From Octopus sinensis (taxonomy: Eukaryota): a stretch of DNA of 64,000 bases. The stretch covers positions 3,534,001 through 3,598,000 of the forward strand of contig NC_043021.1 of NCBI RefSeq assembly GCF_006345805.1, written 5' to 3'. The translations under genes and the position numbers were made by a program. The notes below the pieces were generated by a model that was not told the DNA's origin, ran no database searches, and worked only from the letters and a program-made list of their open reading frames with translations. The first letter of the stretch is position 1; every line of letters starts with the position of its first letter. Of this stretch, positions 37,505 to 51,700 are shown piece after piece.

Positions 37505-40500
37505 TCTTTTACTTGTTTCAGTCATTTGACTGCGGCCATGCTGGAGCACCGCCTTTTAATCGAGCAACTCGACCCCAGGACTTATTCTTTTGTAAGCCCA
37601 GTACTTATTCTATCGGTCTCTTTTGCCGAACCGCCAAGTAACGGGGACATAAACACACCAGCATCAGTTATCAAGCAATGCTAGGGGGACAAACACACAA
37701 ACACACACACGCATATATATATACATATATACGACGGGCTTCTTTCAGTTTCCGTCTACCAAATCCACTCATAAGGCTTTGGTCTGCCCGAGGCTATAGT
37801 AGAAGACACTTGCCCAAGGTGCCACGCAGTGGGACTGACCCCGGGACCATGTGGTTGGTAAACAAGTTACTTACCACACAGCCACTCCTGCATGCATAAT
37901 ATTAAAAATGTTGCAATCAGTTTTGGGAAATTTCAAATATATAATTTAATCGTGATATCTTATAATCTAATCATAGGTCTTTTTGGTGGGTCGGGGGCAT
38001 GGAATCGTATTAATTCAATATCGGCAAGGCAATGGTGTTCAGCAATATTAACAGATATTGCTCTGGTTTAAAATTTGTAAACAAGAATTATTAGAATATA
38101 GAATATTAGGGAAAAAAATTTATTACTCAAATTACCATAAGACTACCTGTAAAAAATTCTATACAAGTGAGTCTGCTGAAGATTTGACAGTGTTAGAATG
38201 TCCTGTGAAATGCAAGCTTTCAGAATGCTTAGGCATAAACTAGTCTTCGGCTGCAAGTACTCTGCAAACAATGTTGATAGCTGCAGTAGTAATATCTAAG
38301 GAATAATGGAACACTACCCTAGTGATTTCGTAATTGAACATAAAAGTATAATCCTTATGTTGATTATTGAAAATGCCGGAAATCTGGTTCAGCTTGTTGA
38401 TCATGCTACTGTTGTTAGCTTGTTTGCAAAGGCTTTATCCAAAGGCCTGGTGTATCTTGTTGCTGGCCCTACTGTTGCATGGGTTTTCTCAGCACTACAA
38501 GCCAATAAAAATCCTTATTAAATTTTACCATGACAAGTATCTACAACAATGAACTGTCTGTCTTCATGCTACAAAACCTGGAAAAGAGGAGCAACTGATG
38601 TCAAATATTTCGGCCTTCCTCTTTCTAACTCAGTGTTTCTCAACTGGATTCAATATGGCCCTTGAGGGTCAATACAAGATTTTGTTAAAACATATCTCCA
38701 ATAAATTAGTTGTACTTCTACAATACACAAAACATTTTAATAAATTATTTTTATATAATTTCTAATAATATTTAATTATAAAAATATGATTTTTTTTTTT
38801 AAAGTATCAAATGATTATGAGTGTCCACAAGTAAGATAGGAATCAAAAGGGGTCCATAGGCAAAAAACTGGTTGAGAAACTCTGGTCTCACCACTAGTTG
38901 CATCCAGTAATCACATAGTGCAACTAAATAGTTGGTGTGAGTTTTCTTTAGTGAGATGAGCATATGAATGAGTTTTAGTCTGTAGCTAACTACTTTTTAG
39001 CTGTATACTCCTTACTTTATTGTTTGTATTTACTCTTTTTTTTTTTTCTTACAAATTTCAGTCTGTCGGTGGTGTTACAAAAAGAGGTAGTCAACAAGGG
39101 AAGAAAGAAGTGAAAAACATTATCATTCAAATTCCAAAAGAAGTGAAGCTAAAGACCTGTGAGAATGCCTGGTTGCCGTCAGCAAAGAAACCGCAAAATA
39201 CAGTCGACGATAGTGGTGGTGTTGATGCTATTGTGAAGAGAGTGCGAAGTATACTTAATAAACTCACTCCTCAGAACTTTGAAACATTAGTAGATCAGAT
39301 GGAATTAATTCTTATTGATACTGAAGACAAACTTGGTGCTGTAACAGACCTTGTCTTTGAAAAGGTATGGTACCGTTATTGTCTTGATGCTAATAACTTT
39401 CTGTAAATGATATTGTCTTTAGATGTTCATATATATATGTGTGCAGCTATGGGTATGTAGTTGAGTTTTCTGCAGTCCAACAGCACAGCGCTTTGGGTAA
39501 GTGCTTCTTACTGTAGCCTCAAGCTGACCATAGCCTTGTGTGTGGATATGGAAACTAAAAGAAGCTTTTCATGTGCACACGCCTGCATATACACTTCTTA
39601 CTGCACGAAGTTTTGTCAGTGAACAGGTCACAGTTTCAAAGCAGCGAAAATATTTTGACACAAATTAAATTTAAATGTCTGTTCTTAAGTGCCTTATAAG
39701 CATCTTCCATGCTGCAATTGTTTATATATATATATTTGATTTGATCTGATCTAGTTTCAGCTCATGAGCTGTGGCCATGCTGGGGCACTGCCATTTGGTG
39801 TTGCTACATAATTTTACCTCACTAATTTTTTTTAGAAATTGACGTTTGGTGCATGAGGGAGTTTGATGCCGCTGCCCTCATCTGCACTTCCTGCTGTAAA
39901 GTTGGTTCATCTGGGACACTTGGCAGCAAGAGGTCTAGTTTCGTTTTGGAGACACATCCACCCCATGTAGGTCTCTCGGGGCCTTCAGGAGGATATTGAA
40001 GAGCTGTGAGCCTTTAAAGCCCAGGCTGTTGTAGTATCTTGTCTTATATCTTGATGGCAAAGTTGGAGTCTTTGGCACTATGCAGTGGTGCCCTGTTCTA
40101 GCATTAGTGTAACTCTCAATGCCAAAGTTTGGGACAAGTTCCTCTAGGATCTTCCAGATGTATATTATGACATAGCTTTCCTGTCTACACTCTAGGGAAT
40201 AGTCTCAATCTGTTGAGTCTTTTCCAGTAGGTTAAATGCTGCATAGAGACCATATTCTTTGTGTAGCTTCGTTTCCCAGGAAAGGAATTTTAGTCCTGTT
40301 ACTGAGTGTTAAGTCTTCTATTTCGTTTGGCTTTAAGTTCTGACTTCATCTGCCACTATGGTTTACTGTGCCCTTCATCCTTCTGGGTTTGGTAAGATAA
40401 GTTGAGCACTGGGTTCAATGTAACCAGTCTAGTCTCTTTCCCCCAAATTTCAGGCCCTTGTGCTTGTTGTAGAAAGGATAATTCATAGCTTTTTGAGTTC

Positions 40501-43261
40501 ATCTGTTAGAAACAAATTGTATATATATGTGTGCATTGGAAACTCCCTCTAAAGATTCTAAACCAAACTCAGTAATTTGATTGGCTGTTGTACATTTCCA
40601 AAGTTTTGTTGTAATAATTGGTACTTCAAAAAAAAAAAAAAAAAAAAAAGAGATTAAAAGAATGTTGACATTTTGAATGATTAATGAATGGAAACTTAGC
40701 AAACGTACACATTGCATTTCTTACAGCAGGTTTCTAAGTATATCTGTTTGAAAATATGATACAAGATCATAACCCTTGAAAATATTTCTCCTTGCAGGCT
40801 GTTTTGGAGCCAAATTACAGTTCAGCTTATGCCAAATTCTGTACATTTTTAATGATGGTGAGTATTTTACTTAAGAATTAATTAACAAAACATATAAATG
40901 TATACACATCATTCTTGTTGCTTGCAATTTAGATATTGAGGCTGACTGTTACCGTTTTCCTCTTTGACTTGCAGCTGAAAGTGCCTTCCAAAAATAATCC
41001 TGAAAAGAATGTCGACTTCCATAGCTTGCTATTAACAAAATGCCGGCAACAATTTGAAAAGGATAATGAAAGTGAACAGAACATTCTTGATTTGAAAGAA
41101 AAAATAGAAGCAGCAAATGTAAGTTGAAATTAACATTTTTTATTTGCAAAATAATCTTGTATTTATTGGTAACCACTTGTGAAATAATTAAGAATCAGTA
41201 GAACCACAAGAGGGTTGGATAGAAATTCTTTGCAGTATTTTTTTATTTTTATGAAGTGCATTTCAAGATCAAACTTCACTATGGTCAATTGTCTTTCATC
41301 CATTCAGGGTAATTTTTAAAAAAAGTACCAATTTAACCCTTTCGTTACTGTATTTATTTTGAGATGCTCTGTGTTTCTTTCAATTATTTTAAATATAACA
41401 AAGAATTTAGTAAAATAATTTAGTTATCATTAAGCTTGTGTTAGGAATATAAATTGCAACTAAGGTTGGTGGTATATTTTGATGCAAAATTTATGAAAGC
41501 AAGACATTTGTACTATAGAGCCAGAGCCGGTTTTGGCCAGGTTAGTAATGAAAGGGTTAAGGCAGTAGATTGACAGATGAGTTGATGGGATGTCTTGTAT
41601 CTTCCATGCTAGCTTGGACTTCTTGGTACACAAGACAAATGAGATACCCCATTGTACCTCTAGCTAGAGGCCAATTTCCACCCATTCATTAAAAAATCAG
41701 GTGTCTCCACTAACAGATAATATCAGCAACTTGAAAAACCAATGGAAGTAAAGTTTCCTTGGTTCAATTTGGAAAGCCACTTTCATCATCATCATCGTTT
41801 AACGTCCGCTTTCTTTGCTGGCATGGGTTGGACAGTTTGACTGAGGACTGGCGAGCCATATGGCTGCACCAGGCTCCAATCTAATCTGGCAAATTTCTAC
41901 AGCTGGATGCCCTTCCTAATGCCAACCACCCTGAGAGTGTAGTGGGTGCTTTTACATACCACCGGCACGAGGGCCAATCAGGTGGTACTGGCAATGGCCA
42001 CGTTCACCACTTCATCCCTGACTTCCTGGGTCTATCTCTTCCACAGGTTCCCTCAACTGCTAGGGTGTGCACTTTTTCACACAGCTATCCTCATCCATTC
42101 TTACCACATGACCACACCGGTGCAGTCGTCTCTCTTGCACACCACATCTGATGCTTCTTAGGTCCAACTTTTCTCTCAAGGCACTTACACTTTGTCGTGT
42201 ATGCACACTGACATTACACATCCAGCGGAGCACACTGGCTTCATTCCTTGCAAGATAGGATGAAACTTGTTTTCCATGTAAACTGAAGTAAAATGTGTTA
42301 CCTGGTATTTTCTTTTTTATACTTTGTTTCAGTCATTAGACTGTGGCTATGCTGGGACACTGCCTTGAAGAATTTTTAGTCAAATGTATCGAGCCAAGTA
42401 CCTCCTCCCCACTTTAATGCCTTGTGCCTATCCCATCAGTCATTTTTGCTGAACCGCTAGGTCACAGGGACATAAACCACCAACATCGATTGTCAAGCAG
42501 TGGTAGTGGTGACATAGACATGCACACATATATACGATGGGCTTCTTTCAGTTTCCATCTACCAAATCCACTCTTGATGCTTTGGGCGGCCTGAGGTGCC
42601 ACACAATGGGACTGAACCCAGAACAGCGTGGTTGGGAAGCAAACTTCTCATCACAGCCATATGAATTATTTTCAAGTAAAATTTTTAAAAAGGAAAAAAG
42701 AAATAAAAAATGTTTCTGTTAGAAATGATACAAAAATTGTGTTTGGAATAACGTTTTATGCAAAATTAACCAGGAATTTCATACAACAAATTTGGCTCCT
42801 AGCTAGGTCTTCTTTCTTAGTCAACATCAAGGACCCTAGTAATTTGTTTGTGAAATTTGTAAGTTCTGTAATGGACTGAATTTATTTTATTTTCTTATTA
42901 ACATTTTTTTTCTTTCTAAAATTGAGGGCTTTTTTTTCTTTCTTTTTTCAGGAGGAGGAAAAGAAAGTATTGTTGGAGGATCTTGATACAGTTATGTTTA
43001 TATCTAGACGTAAATCAGTTGGAAACATTAGGTAAGATTGTCATGAATTGATATCAAATGACTTATCTCTTTTATTTGTTTCAGTCATTTGACTGCGGCC
43101 ATGCTGGAGCACCGCCTTTTAATCGAGCAAATCGACCCCAGGACTTATTCTTTTGTAAGCCCAGTACTTATTCTATCGGTCTCTTTTGCCGAACCGCTAA
43201 GTAACGGGGACATAAACCCACCAGCATCGGTTGTCAAGCAATGCTAGGGGGACAAACACAG

Positions 43262-43298
<37 letters not shown>

Positions 43299-46200
43299 CA
43301 TATATACGATGGGTTTCTTTTCAGTTTCCGTCTACCAAATCCACTCACAAGGCTTTGGTCGGCCCGGGGCTATAGTAGAAGACACTTGCCCAAGGTGCCA
43401 CGCAGCGGGACTGAACCCGGAACCATGTGGTTGGTTAGCAAGCTACTTACCACACAGCCACTCCTGTGCCTTATGTGTATATAAATTTTCAATAGAGATG
43501 ATTCCTTTAGTCTTTTACTTATTTCCAGTCATTAGACTGCAGCCACACTTGGCCACCACTGCTTCGAAAGGTTTTTTTAGTCAGCTGAATTGACCACAGT
43601 ACTTATTTTAAGTCTGGTACTTACTCTATCAGCCTATTTTTTGCTGAGCTGTTACAAGGACATAAACAAACCTGCAACAGTCTTGGTGACAGTGAAAAAG
43701 TTTTGATTTTGATATCAGTCATTTCACGGTATTTACAGTCATATTTAGGTGGGAATTGTTTTGTCTTGCATTCTTTTACCTTCAATAATTTTGATGAATC
43801 AATTATTTTTAGAATGACATCATTGGATGGGTATGAGAGGCCTTATCTCGCTGGTTTGATCATAAAACAGGTTGAGTATTCAGGCCAGCTGCAGCCAATT
43901 TAAATAATGCTAAAGAGTTCAATTCACCATCATCATCATTTAGCGTCCACTTTCCATGCTAGCATGGGTTGGACGGTTTGACTGGCGTCTGGGAAGCCAG
44001 GAGGCTACACCAGGCCCAGTCTGATCTGGCAGTGTTTCTACGACTGGATGCCCTTCCTAACGCCAACCACTCCATGAGTGTAGTGGGTGCTTTTTACGTG
44101 CCACCGGCACAGGTGCCAGATGGAGCTGGCAAACGGCCACGGACGGATGGTGCTTTTTACTTGCCACCGGCACGGGGGCCAGGCGAGGTTGGCAACGGAC
44201 ACGATCGGATGGTGCTTTTTACATGCCACCGGCGAGAGAAAATATGAAGCTATTATAAAAAAGGAAAATGACTTTAATCTCTTCCATAGTTTTGTGCAGT
44301 GGGTAATATTTTCTCTTTTCAGGTTTATTGGAGAATTGTTTAAAATGAATATGGTGAAATTAGACATAATGCATGGTTGTCTGGAAAGGTTGTCATCATC
44401 TACAGACGAAGAGAAACTAGAATGTATGTGTAAATTGTTATCAACGGTTGGAAAAGTGATAGAGAGTAAAGCGAAGGTAAATATTTTGGATTTCAATTTT
44501 GTAGATTTTGTTGCATGGTCGTTTGTAGGAGAAGCTTTCAATATCCAAATTAATCATTGATTCTAGATTGAATCTGTTCTCATACCATCATGTTTTAACA
44601 AGCATTTGAAAACTTTTAATGTAATAATTTAACATAACTAGTGGAGGCGCATGGCTCAGTGGTTAGAGCGTCGAGCTTACGATTGCGAGGTTGTGAGCTC
44701 GAATCCCGGACCGGGCTGCGTGTTGTGTTCTTGAGCAAGACACTTTATTTCACGTTGCTCCAGTTCACTCAGCTGTAGAAATGAGTTGCGACGTCACTGG
44801 TGCCAAGCTGTATCGGCCCCTTTTGCCTTTCCCTTGGATAACACTGGTGGCGTGGAGAGGGGAGGCCGGTATGCATGGGTGACTACTGGTCTTCCATAAA
44901 CAACCTTGCCCGGACTTGCCCTGGGAGGGTAACTTTCTAGGTGCAATCCCATGGTCAGTGTCGTGACCGAAGGGGTCTCAGATATCAGTGGTTTTGATTT
45001 ATTTAAAATACTGACTGTTTCTTGAGTTTTTTTTAAGATCTGCATCCAGATTTTAGGTCCTAGCAAATTCAATAAATATACGTACCAATAAATGTCCTGA
45101 GAATAGATTTAAGTATTTTGTTTTATCGGGGTTCAACTTTTGATGTGATAATGAGGCTTGTGCCTGTTAAAAGTTATATAGAAAACCAGGAACAAATAGG
45201 TTAGAACTATATGAAACATGGGGTTTTCTGGTGTCTGTAAGTGAAGCATAGGCAGTGAGTATAGTTGTGCTATAGAAAAAGGTGAGTATACCAAGACAAC
45301 TGAATTGAGAAAAATGCTGATTATTCAAATGAGTGGCTGATATGTATGTATAAAGGAGACATCTACATTGATATAGAAATGTCAGCACACTTCATCCATT
45401 AACAACAGGAGGTTGCCATAGAGGTTAGTCATGGAAAATAGTGAAATGGGATAACACATAATTAAGTGTTGTGGAGTGATGCTATAATGCAAACTTGTCC
45501 TAACCACATCATCATAAAAAAGATGGTGTTAAAAAACAGTTGTAGACAGCTCAAGGCCAGTTATGGGCTGGCTCGGGCCACTGCTGTTTTACTGTGTCCA
45601 AGACTTTTCATTCTGAAACGATCTCGTTTGTTAACTATGGGCACTGTAAGGGAGAAGGTAATCAGTTGGAACACCATATCTTGCAATTCTCCGTCTTTTA
45701 CATATGTCTACAGAAGACAAAACTGACAAAATATATTGTGCCAATTCTGAGATTACACGCTGAGACTTGGTTGAGTTGTAGAATTACTTCCTCAAAATAC
45801 GATCCAGTTCTGACCATGTTTAAGATATTTTAGCAACAGAGTTTTGGGTGACTGTTGTATTTAAACCTCTCCCATACAACTTCTTTTGAACCACCAAAAA
45901 TGAGGCCTACAATGTAATATTTGCCAAAATCTCTCAATAAGCTCTCTTCTCTGAAACCTTTCTCTGTGGTACTTACTGCTACCTGTTCTAATTACTCTGA
46001 AGAAATATGAGGTATGAACATTCTAAAAGTAAAAGTATCTAATGTGATTTTCTTGCTGTAGGTAAATTTTCACTTTGTCCATATTTGATAGTAAAAATTC
46101 TGTTTCAATTCCCTTTCAGCCAATGTTGAGTTTCAGTTGTTTTCTATCTTTTACCTGTGTCTCTTGATTATGATTTTAGAATGAGGAAATGAATCGTTAC

Positions 46201-48539
46201 TTCAAAGACATAAGAGCAATTGTTGGAGCCCGGGAAACATCCTCTCGCATTCGATTTATGCTTTTGGATCTTATTGATCTACGCAAAAACAAATGGGTTC
46301 CCCGGCATGCAGAGAAAGGCCCCAAGACCTTGAAAGAACTTCACCAGGACATAGAGAACGAAGAGATTGAACACCGGTTGAAGATGGACGCTGCTGCTGC
46401 CAACCAGCATCAACTGTCATCATATTCTTCTCAACGGAATCGAGGGGGGCGTGCTGGCTCAATGGGACCTCTCACACCACCACAGGCTAACGACAGTGAT
46501 GGCTGGAATACAGTTGGAGGAGGACGAACTCTTAGGGCACCAATCGACCCTAGCAAAATGTGGTTGCCTAAGGTGAATATCTTGCATATCATTAAATTCT
46601 TCCTGCATTTGTCTTTTTAACCACCACCTCTCCTTCCAAATTAAAAGGTTTAGCCATACCGAGTGCCTCAGGCTAAATTATGAACTATTTTTAGAGCTTC
46701 TTTGATTGTTGAAAATTAATACAATTCTTGTTCTTTGCACCTTTTATAGAATTTAGTTTACACTGACCAATCATTATGCTCTACTCTTTCCTTGGTTTTA
46801 GATAAACTTGATTCTTGTGCATGACCTCTGGCCATATTGAGGGACTGCCTTGAAGGGTTCAGTTGAACAAATTGACCCAGTGCTTCTTTTTAAAATCTGA
46901 TGCTTCTGTTGACTTTTTTTTTTTATTTCTTTACTGCCCTCAAGGGGCTAAACATTGAGGGGACAAACAAGGACAGACAAAGGGATTAAGTCGATTACAT
47001 CGACTGCAGTGCGAAACTGGTACTTTATTTATTGACCTTGAAAGGATGAAAGGCAAAGTCGACCTCGGCGGAATTTGAACTCAGAACGTAGCGGCAGACG
47101 AAGTACCGCTTAGCATTTCACCCGGCATCCTAACGATTCTGCCAGCTTGCCGCCTTTCTGTTAACCTCTTTTGCCATACATTATGTTATGAAGAGGTAAA
47201 CAAGCCAACTTGAGATTGTTAAGCAGTGTTGGGGACACTGCTTAACACACATACACAATAGATTTTCACACATTTTTTTGTCTGCCAGATTCACTCGCAA
47301 GGCATTAATGAAAGACAGTTGCCCAAAGTGCCATGCATTAGGACTGAACCCAAAACCACATGGTTGCAAAGCTAGCTTCTTGACCACACAGCCATGCCTG
47401 CACCACTCTAGATTTTATAATCATATAATGTTTATTTCCCTTTTCCATTTTTATTTTATATTTACTATTTCTTTTTTGTTCTTTTTCTGTCTTCCAGAGT
47501 AAGAATGATGACAGTATACAGTTGTGTCCAAGTGTTGGTTCTAACAAATTCGGTATGTGGGGCCGTGGTAGTACGGGGGGAGGCAGCAGCCGTGGTTCAA
47601 ATAATCAACAGAACGACAGACTCACAACAACACCAACTAATAGGTGATTATTTATTAACTATTACTTTTGACCCTTTCATTGTTATATTTTTGCCTTTTG
47701 TTTCCATTAAATTTGAGATTAATGAATAATCTCTTCAAATAACTTATTTTCAGGTTCTCGGCTTTGTGCGGTGATGATGAAGATTTATTTAATATGATTG
47801 GAAGTAGTGGTCAAGAAAACAGGCCAGAAATGTTTGCTCGTGGAGGCATGGGTAATCGCCGAAGTGGATCACGTTCTGGTGTAGGACCTTCACCTGGTCA
47901 ATCTGGCCGCAATCAATTTAGTGGTTTTCGTGGAAAGACATTGCCTCGCAGATTTTCGCAAGAGGACAGAAATGTTCAGAGACGTGGCTCAAAGTAAGTA
48001 TGTGCCTGCCACCCTGCTGCTATTCTGTTGGGGCTCTTGTATTAATGAACTTGATATTAAAATGACATGCCCGTACTGCAACTGTACTTCCACCACTGCC
48101 CCCTTATGTATTGTAGTCATGTATCTCTTCTGTAGTGACATACCTGTGGCTGTCCTTGGTATAAAGCCACCTCCCCCTGTTCTATATTCTTACTCAGTTG
48201 AAGAATCAAATATATGGAGCATGTAAGCAGCATATTGGGTATATTGGGCATATATTTGTGCCCCAGCATCACTCACATTAATAATAATAATAATAATAAT
48301 GGTTTCAAATTTTGACTCCAGACCAGCACTTTTAGAGGAGGGGCTAAGTTGATTACATTGACCACGGTACTCAACCGGTACTTATTTTATTGACCCCGAA
48401 AGGATGAAAGGCAAAGTTGACCCTGGCATGCTAATAATTCTACCAGCTTGCCACCTTTAATAATAATAATAATAATAATAATAATTCTATCTGTGGGTAT
48501 AATTGATCAGTTATTAGCAGAATAGGCTATAATATACAT

Positions 48540-48572
<33 letters not shown>

Positions 48573-48598
48573 TATATGTATGTATGTATGTACATACA

Positions 48599-48654
<56 letters not shown>

Positions 48655-48680
48655 TATATGTATGTATGTATGTACATACA

Positions 48681-48740
<60 letters not shown>

Positions 48741-51700
48741 GAGACCGACAGAATAAGTGTTAGGCTTACAAAGAATAAGTCTTGGGGTTGATTTCTTAAA
48801 AAGGCTATTTCTGTTGACTGGATCAACTGGAACCCTTGCCATCATAACCAATGGAGTGCCAGTCAAAAAAAAAAAAAAAAAAGAGAGAGATTAACACCAG
48901 TGTGGTTCCATTATGAAAAAGATATCAAATGCTTAGAGGCATTTTAAGTCTGTGCTGTTCTCCATCAAAGCTTACTTCTGTTATTGATTTGTAACAAAAT
49001 AACTTTTAGTAAGATGAAGACTTGTGTGATAGTTTGAAAGTGCTTGGGAATGGTTTATCAGAGTTGGGGATGCAGTGTCCAACCTATGCTAGCATATTGC
49101 ATGGAAAAATAAATGTTTATGATGACAGCTACTTATGTATATATGTATATATATAATACAATTACAGAAAATAAAAATGAAACATTGTTATATATTTATA
49201 GTGATAATCTCACTCCTTTAAGAGGTCAGACTCGTGAGGACAGTCGGTCTCGGAAAATCCGCAGTCGAGAAAATAGCAGAAATCGCAGTATGCACACTCC
49301 AATTGGCAGTCGAGAAAGCAGTCAGAATCGGCAGTCTGTACTTCATTCGAGAGAGAACTCTCGGGATTCGAAAATGGCAAGTTGTGAAAATGGCATGTTT
49401 CAAGAGAATAAACCATTAAATTATGATACCAGCAATTCTACTTCAGACTACCCCACAAAGCATGAGAAAATAGAGTTGGCAGCAGCACAGAGTAAACCCA
49501 TTAGTGAAGCTGAGGTGAAGAAGAAGACCATGTTTATTATTGATGGTTACTTAAATAACAAAGATCTTGAGGTAAGTAGTTATACACTTTCTTTTATGTG
49601 CATGTTCTACGTAATTTAAGAAACATTGAGTGGAAATTTGCTACATGGATGCAGATGTCTTTAAAATAAAACTGGATCTCTTCCTGTCGGGTGTCCCGGA
49701 TGAACCAACTTCACGGCGGGAGGTGCAGATGAGGGCAGCTGCATCGAACTCTCTCATGCACCAAATGTCAATTGCTAAAAAGCATTCGTGAAGTAAAATC
49801 ATGTAGCAACACTGAATGGCGGTGCCCCAGCATGGCCACAGCTCGTGAGCTGAAACTAGATAAAATAAAATATAAATTTTCACCATATATATTAACTATA
49901 AAATATAGTCAAAATTGTGCAGTGAATGGCAGCAAAGAAAATAAATGTTAGATGCTGATGATGATGAATCATCAGAGCCTCAAAGAAATGTGAATGCAAT
50001 GAGACAATAATGATAATGATAATAATAATGATGATGATGAATGATTGTGTACAGTGCTCAGGTGCACCACAACTTGTCAGAAAGTGCGTATAAAGCATAT
50101 GCAGTAATGTACAAATGTCTGGAAAGCGAACAGTGTATGAGTCAGATACATGCTTACATGTGTATGAAGGGGAGAAAATCAGGTGTAGTGTTGGCGAATC
50201 TCAGAAAGCATGGAAGTGTTGAAGGATGCAGTGCTCCGACAACTAACAACTGAAGTCTGTTCCATGCTTCAGCAACTCTCAGCATGAAAAAATGTTTCTG
50301 AAAGTCATGGGAGCTGTGCTGTTTTCTGACTTTGTAAACATGTCCACGGGTGTTAGACGGGTGGAGTTTGAAGAGGTGCTCAGAGTTATTGTTTGTAAGA
50401 TGGTTGATAATTTTATGGGTGTCTGCCAAGTCAGCTGCCAGACGTCGGAGTTTCAATTGCATAATTAATTAGTTGAAAACAATGTGACTGAATAAACAAG
50501 CTTTCTGAATGTGAAAAGGTTAAGGAATTGAGTGTTGGCTCTTTTTTTTCTTTACTTGTTTTATTGACACTATTGACTTGTATTTATTTGGTTTTTTCCA
50601 TTCCAGGAAGTGGTGGTATCTCTCTCTAAATTGAAATCCTCAAGTAATCTCCAAGTGTTCATATCATCTGCTATCAGTCATGTACTTGATTTAACACAAC
50701 CGGCTCGAACACACACTGGCTCCCTAATCTATCACCTCATGGATAATAAAACAATTTCTAAATCTGATTTCTTAAATGGGTAAGTAGCTGTTCAGTTTTA
50801 TTATTTTGTATCTGTTGTATTCCGATGCTAAAGTATAGATAAGGTACATTCCACCAACTGTCCTAACAGACTAAGCATAACCTCATCACCACCTGTCCCC
50901 CCTTCTGGTCGACAGATTAAGGGTACATAAGTTACATAATTTGCTTCAAACCTGCAATTTAAATAACAAACCTATTTTTGATCTTATTGAGGTAAGTGTT
51001 TTTGCAGATATTTATGCTGATAAAATAATTTCACTCCCTAATGATAATAAATGCACAATTCTGTCTGTCCGTCCATCTGGGATCCCTGTATCTTAGTCTA
51101 CATTTGCTCTGCATAGACATATTATACCTTTTGGGGATCATTATGATCCTGGGATTGAAAATCTGCCCTTCATTTGATCCTTGAACATCCAGCATTGGGA
51201 TCTAATTTAAAAGCATTTGCTCTATACAGAATAAAATTCCATATGTTTTGTTTATATTCTAGTAACTTCATGAGATGTAGTTATTGTGGTTCTCAGTCAC
51301 ATGAAATCGGATCAAAAATAAGATAACCACTATTATTGAATGTTTCTATAGGCATTGGTACAACTGTGTGGTTCAAGTTTGTTTCCTAGCCACATGGGCA
51401 AATGTTTTCTACTATAGCTGTGGGTGGCCAAAGCTTTGAGAGCACATTTGACAGAGAGAAACTGAAAGATGTCTGTCGTGTGTATGTGTCTCTCTCCTTG
51501 TCCCGACCTCGTGTATTAATTGTTAATGAGTGTCACTCTTCAAACAGTTGTGTTTGTTTAAAATTTTTTCTGGAAACCTGTTCAACCATGATGAAAACTA
51601 CTTTGCTTGGAAACAGGTGAGGGTCAGCAACAGAAAGGACATCGGGGCTTGGAAAATCTGCTTTAACATATTCGATGTGACCCATGCAGCTTTGGCAAAG

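Noticed and set aside
48540-48735. Overlapping repetitive ORFs on both strands
   Set aside because: A duplicated compound (TA)(CA)(TATG)(TG) microsatellite, not coding.
49168-49201. Alternative acceptor attacag| extending the SRENS exon
   Set aside because: Phase 1, incompatible with the phase 2 upstream donor.
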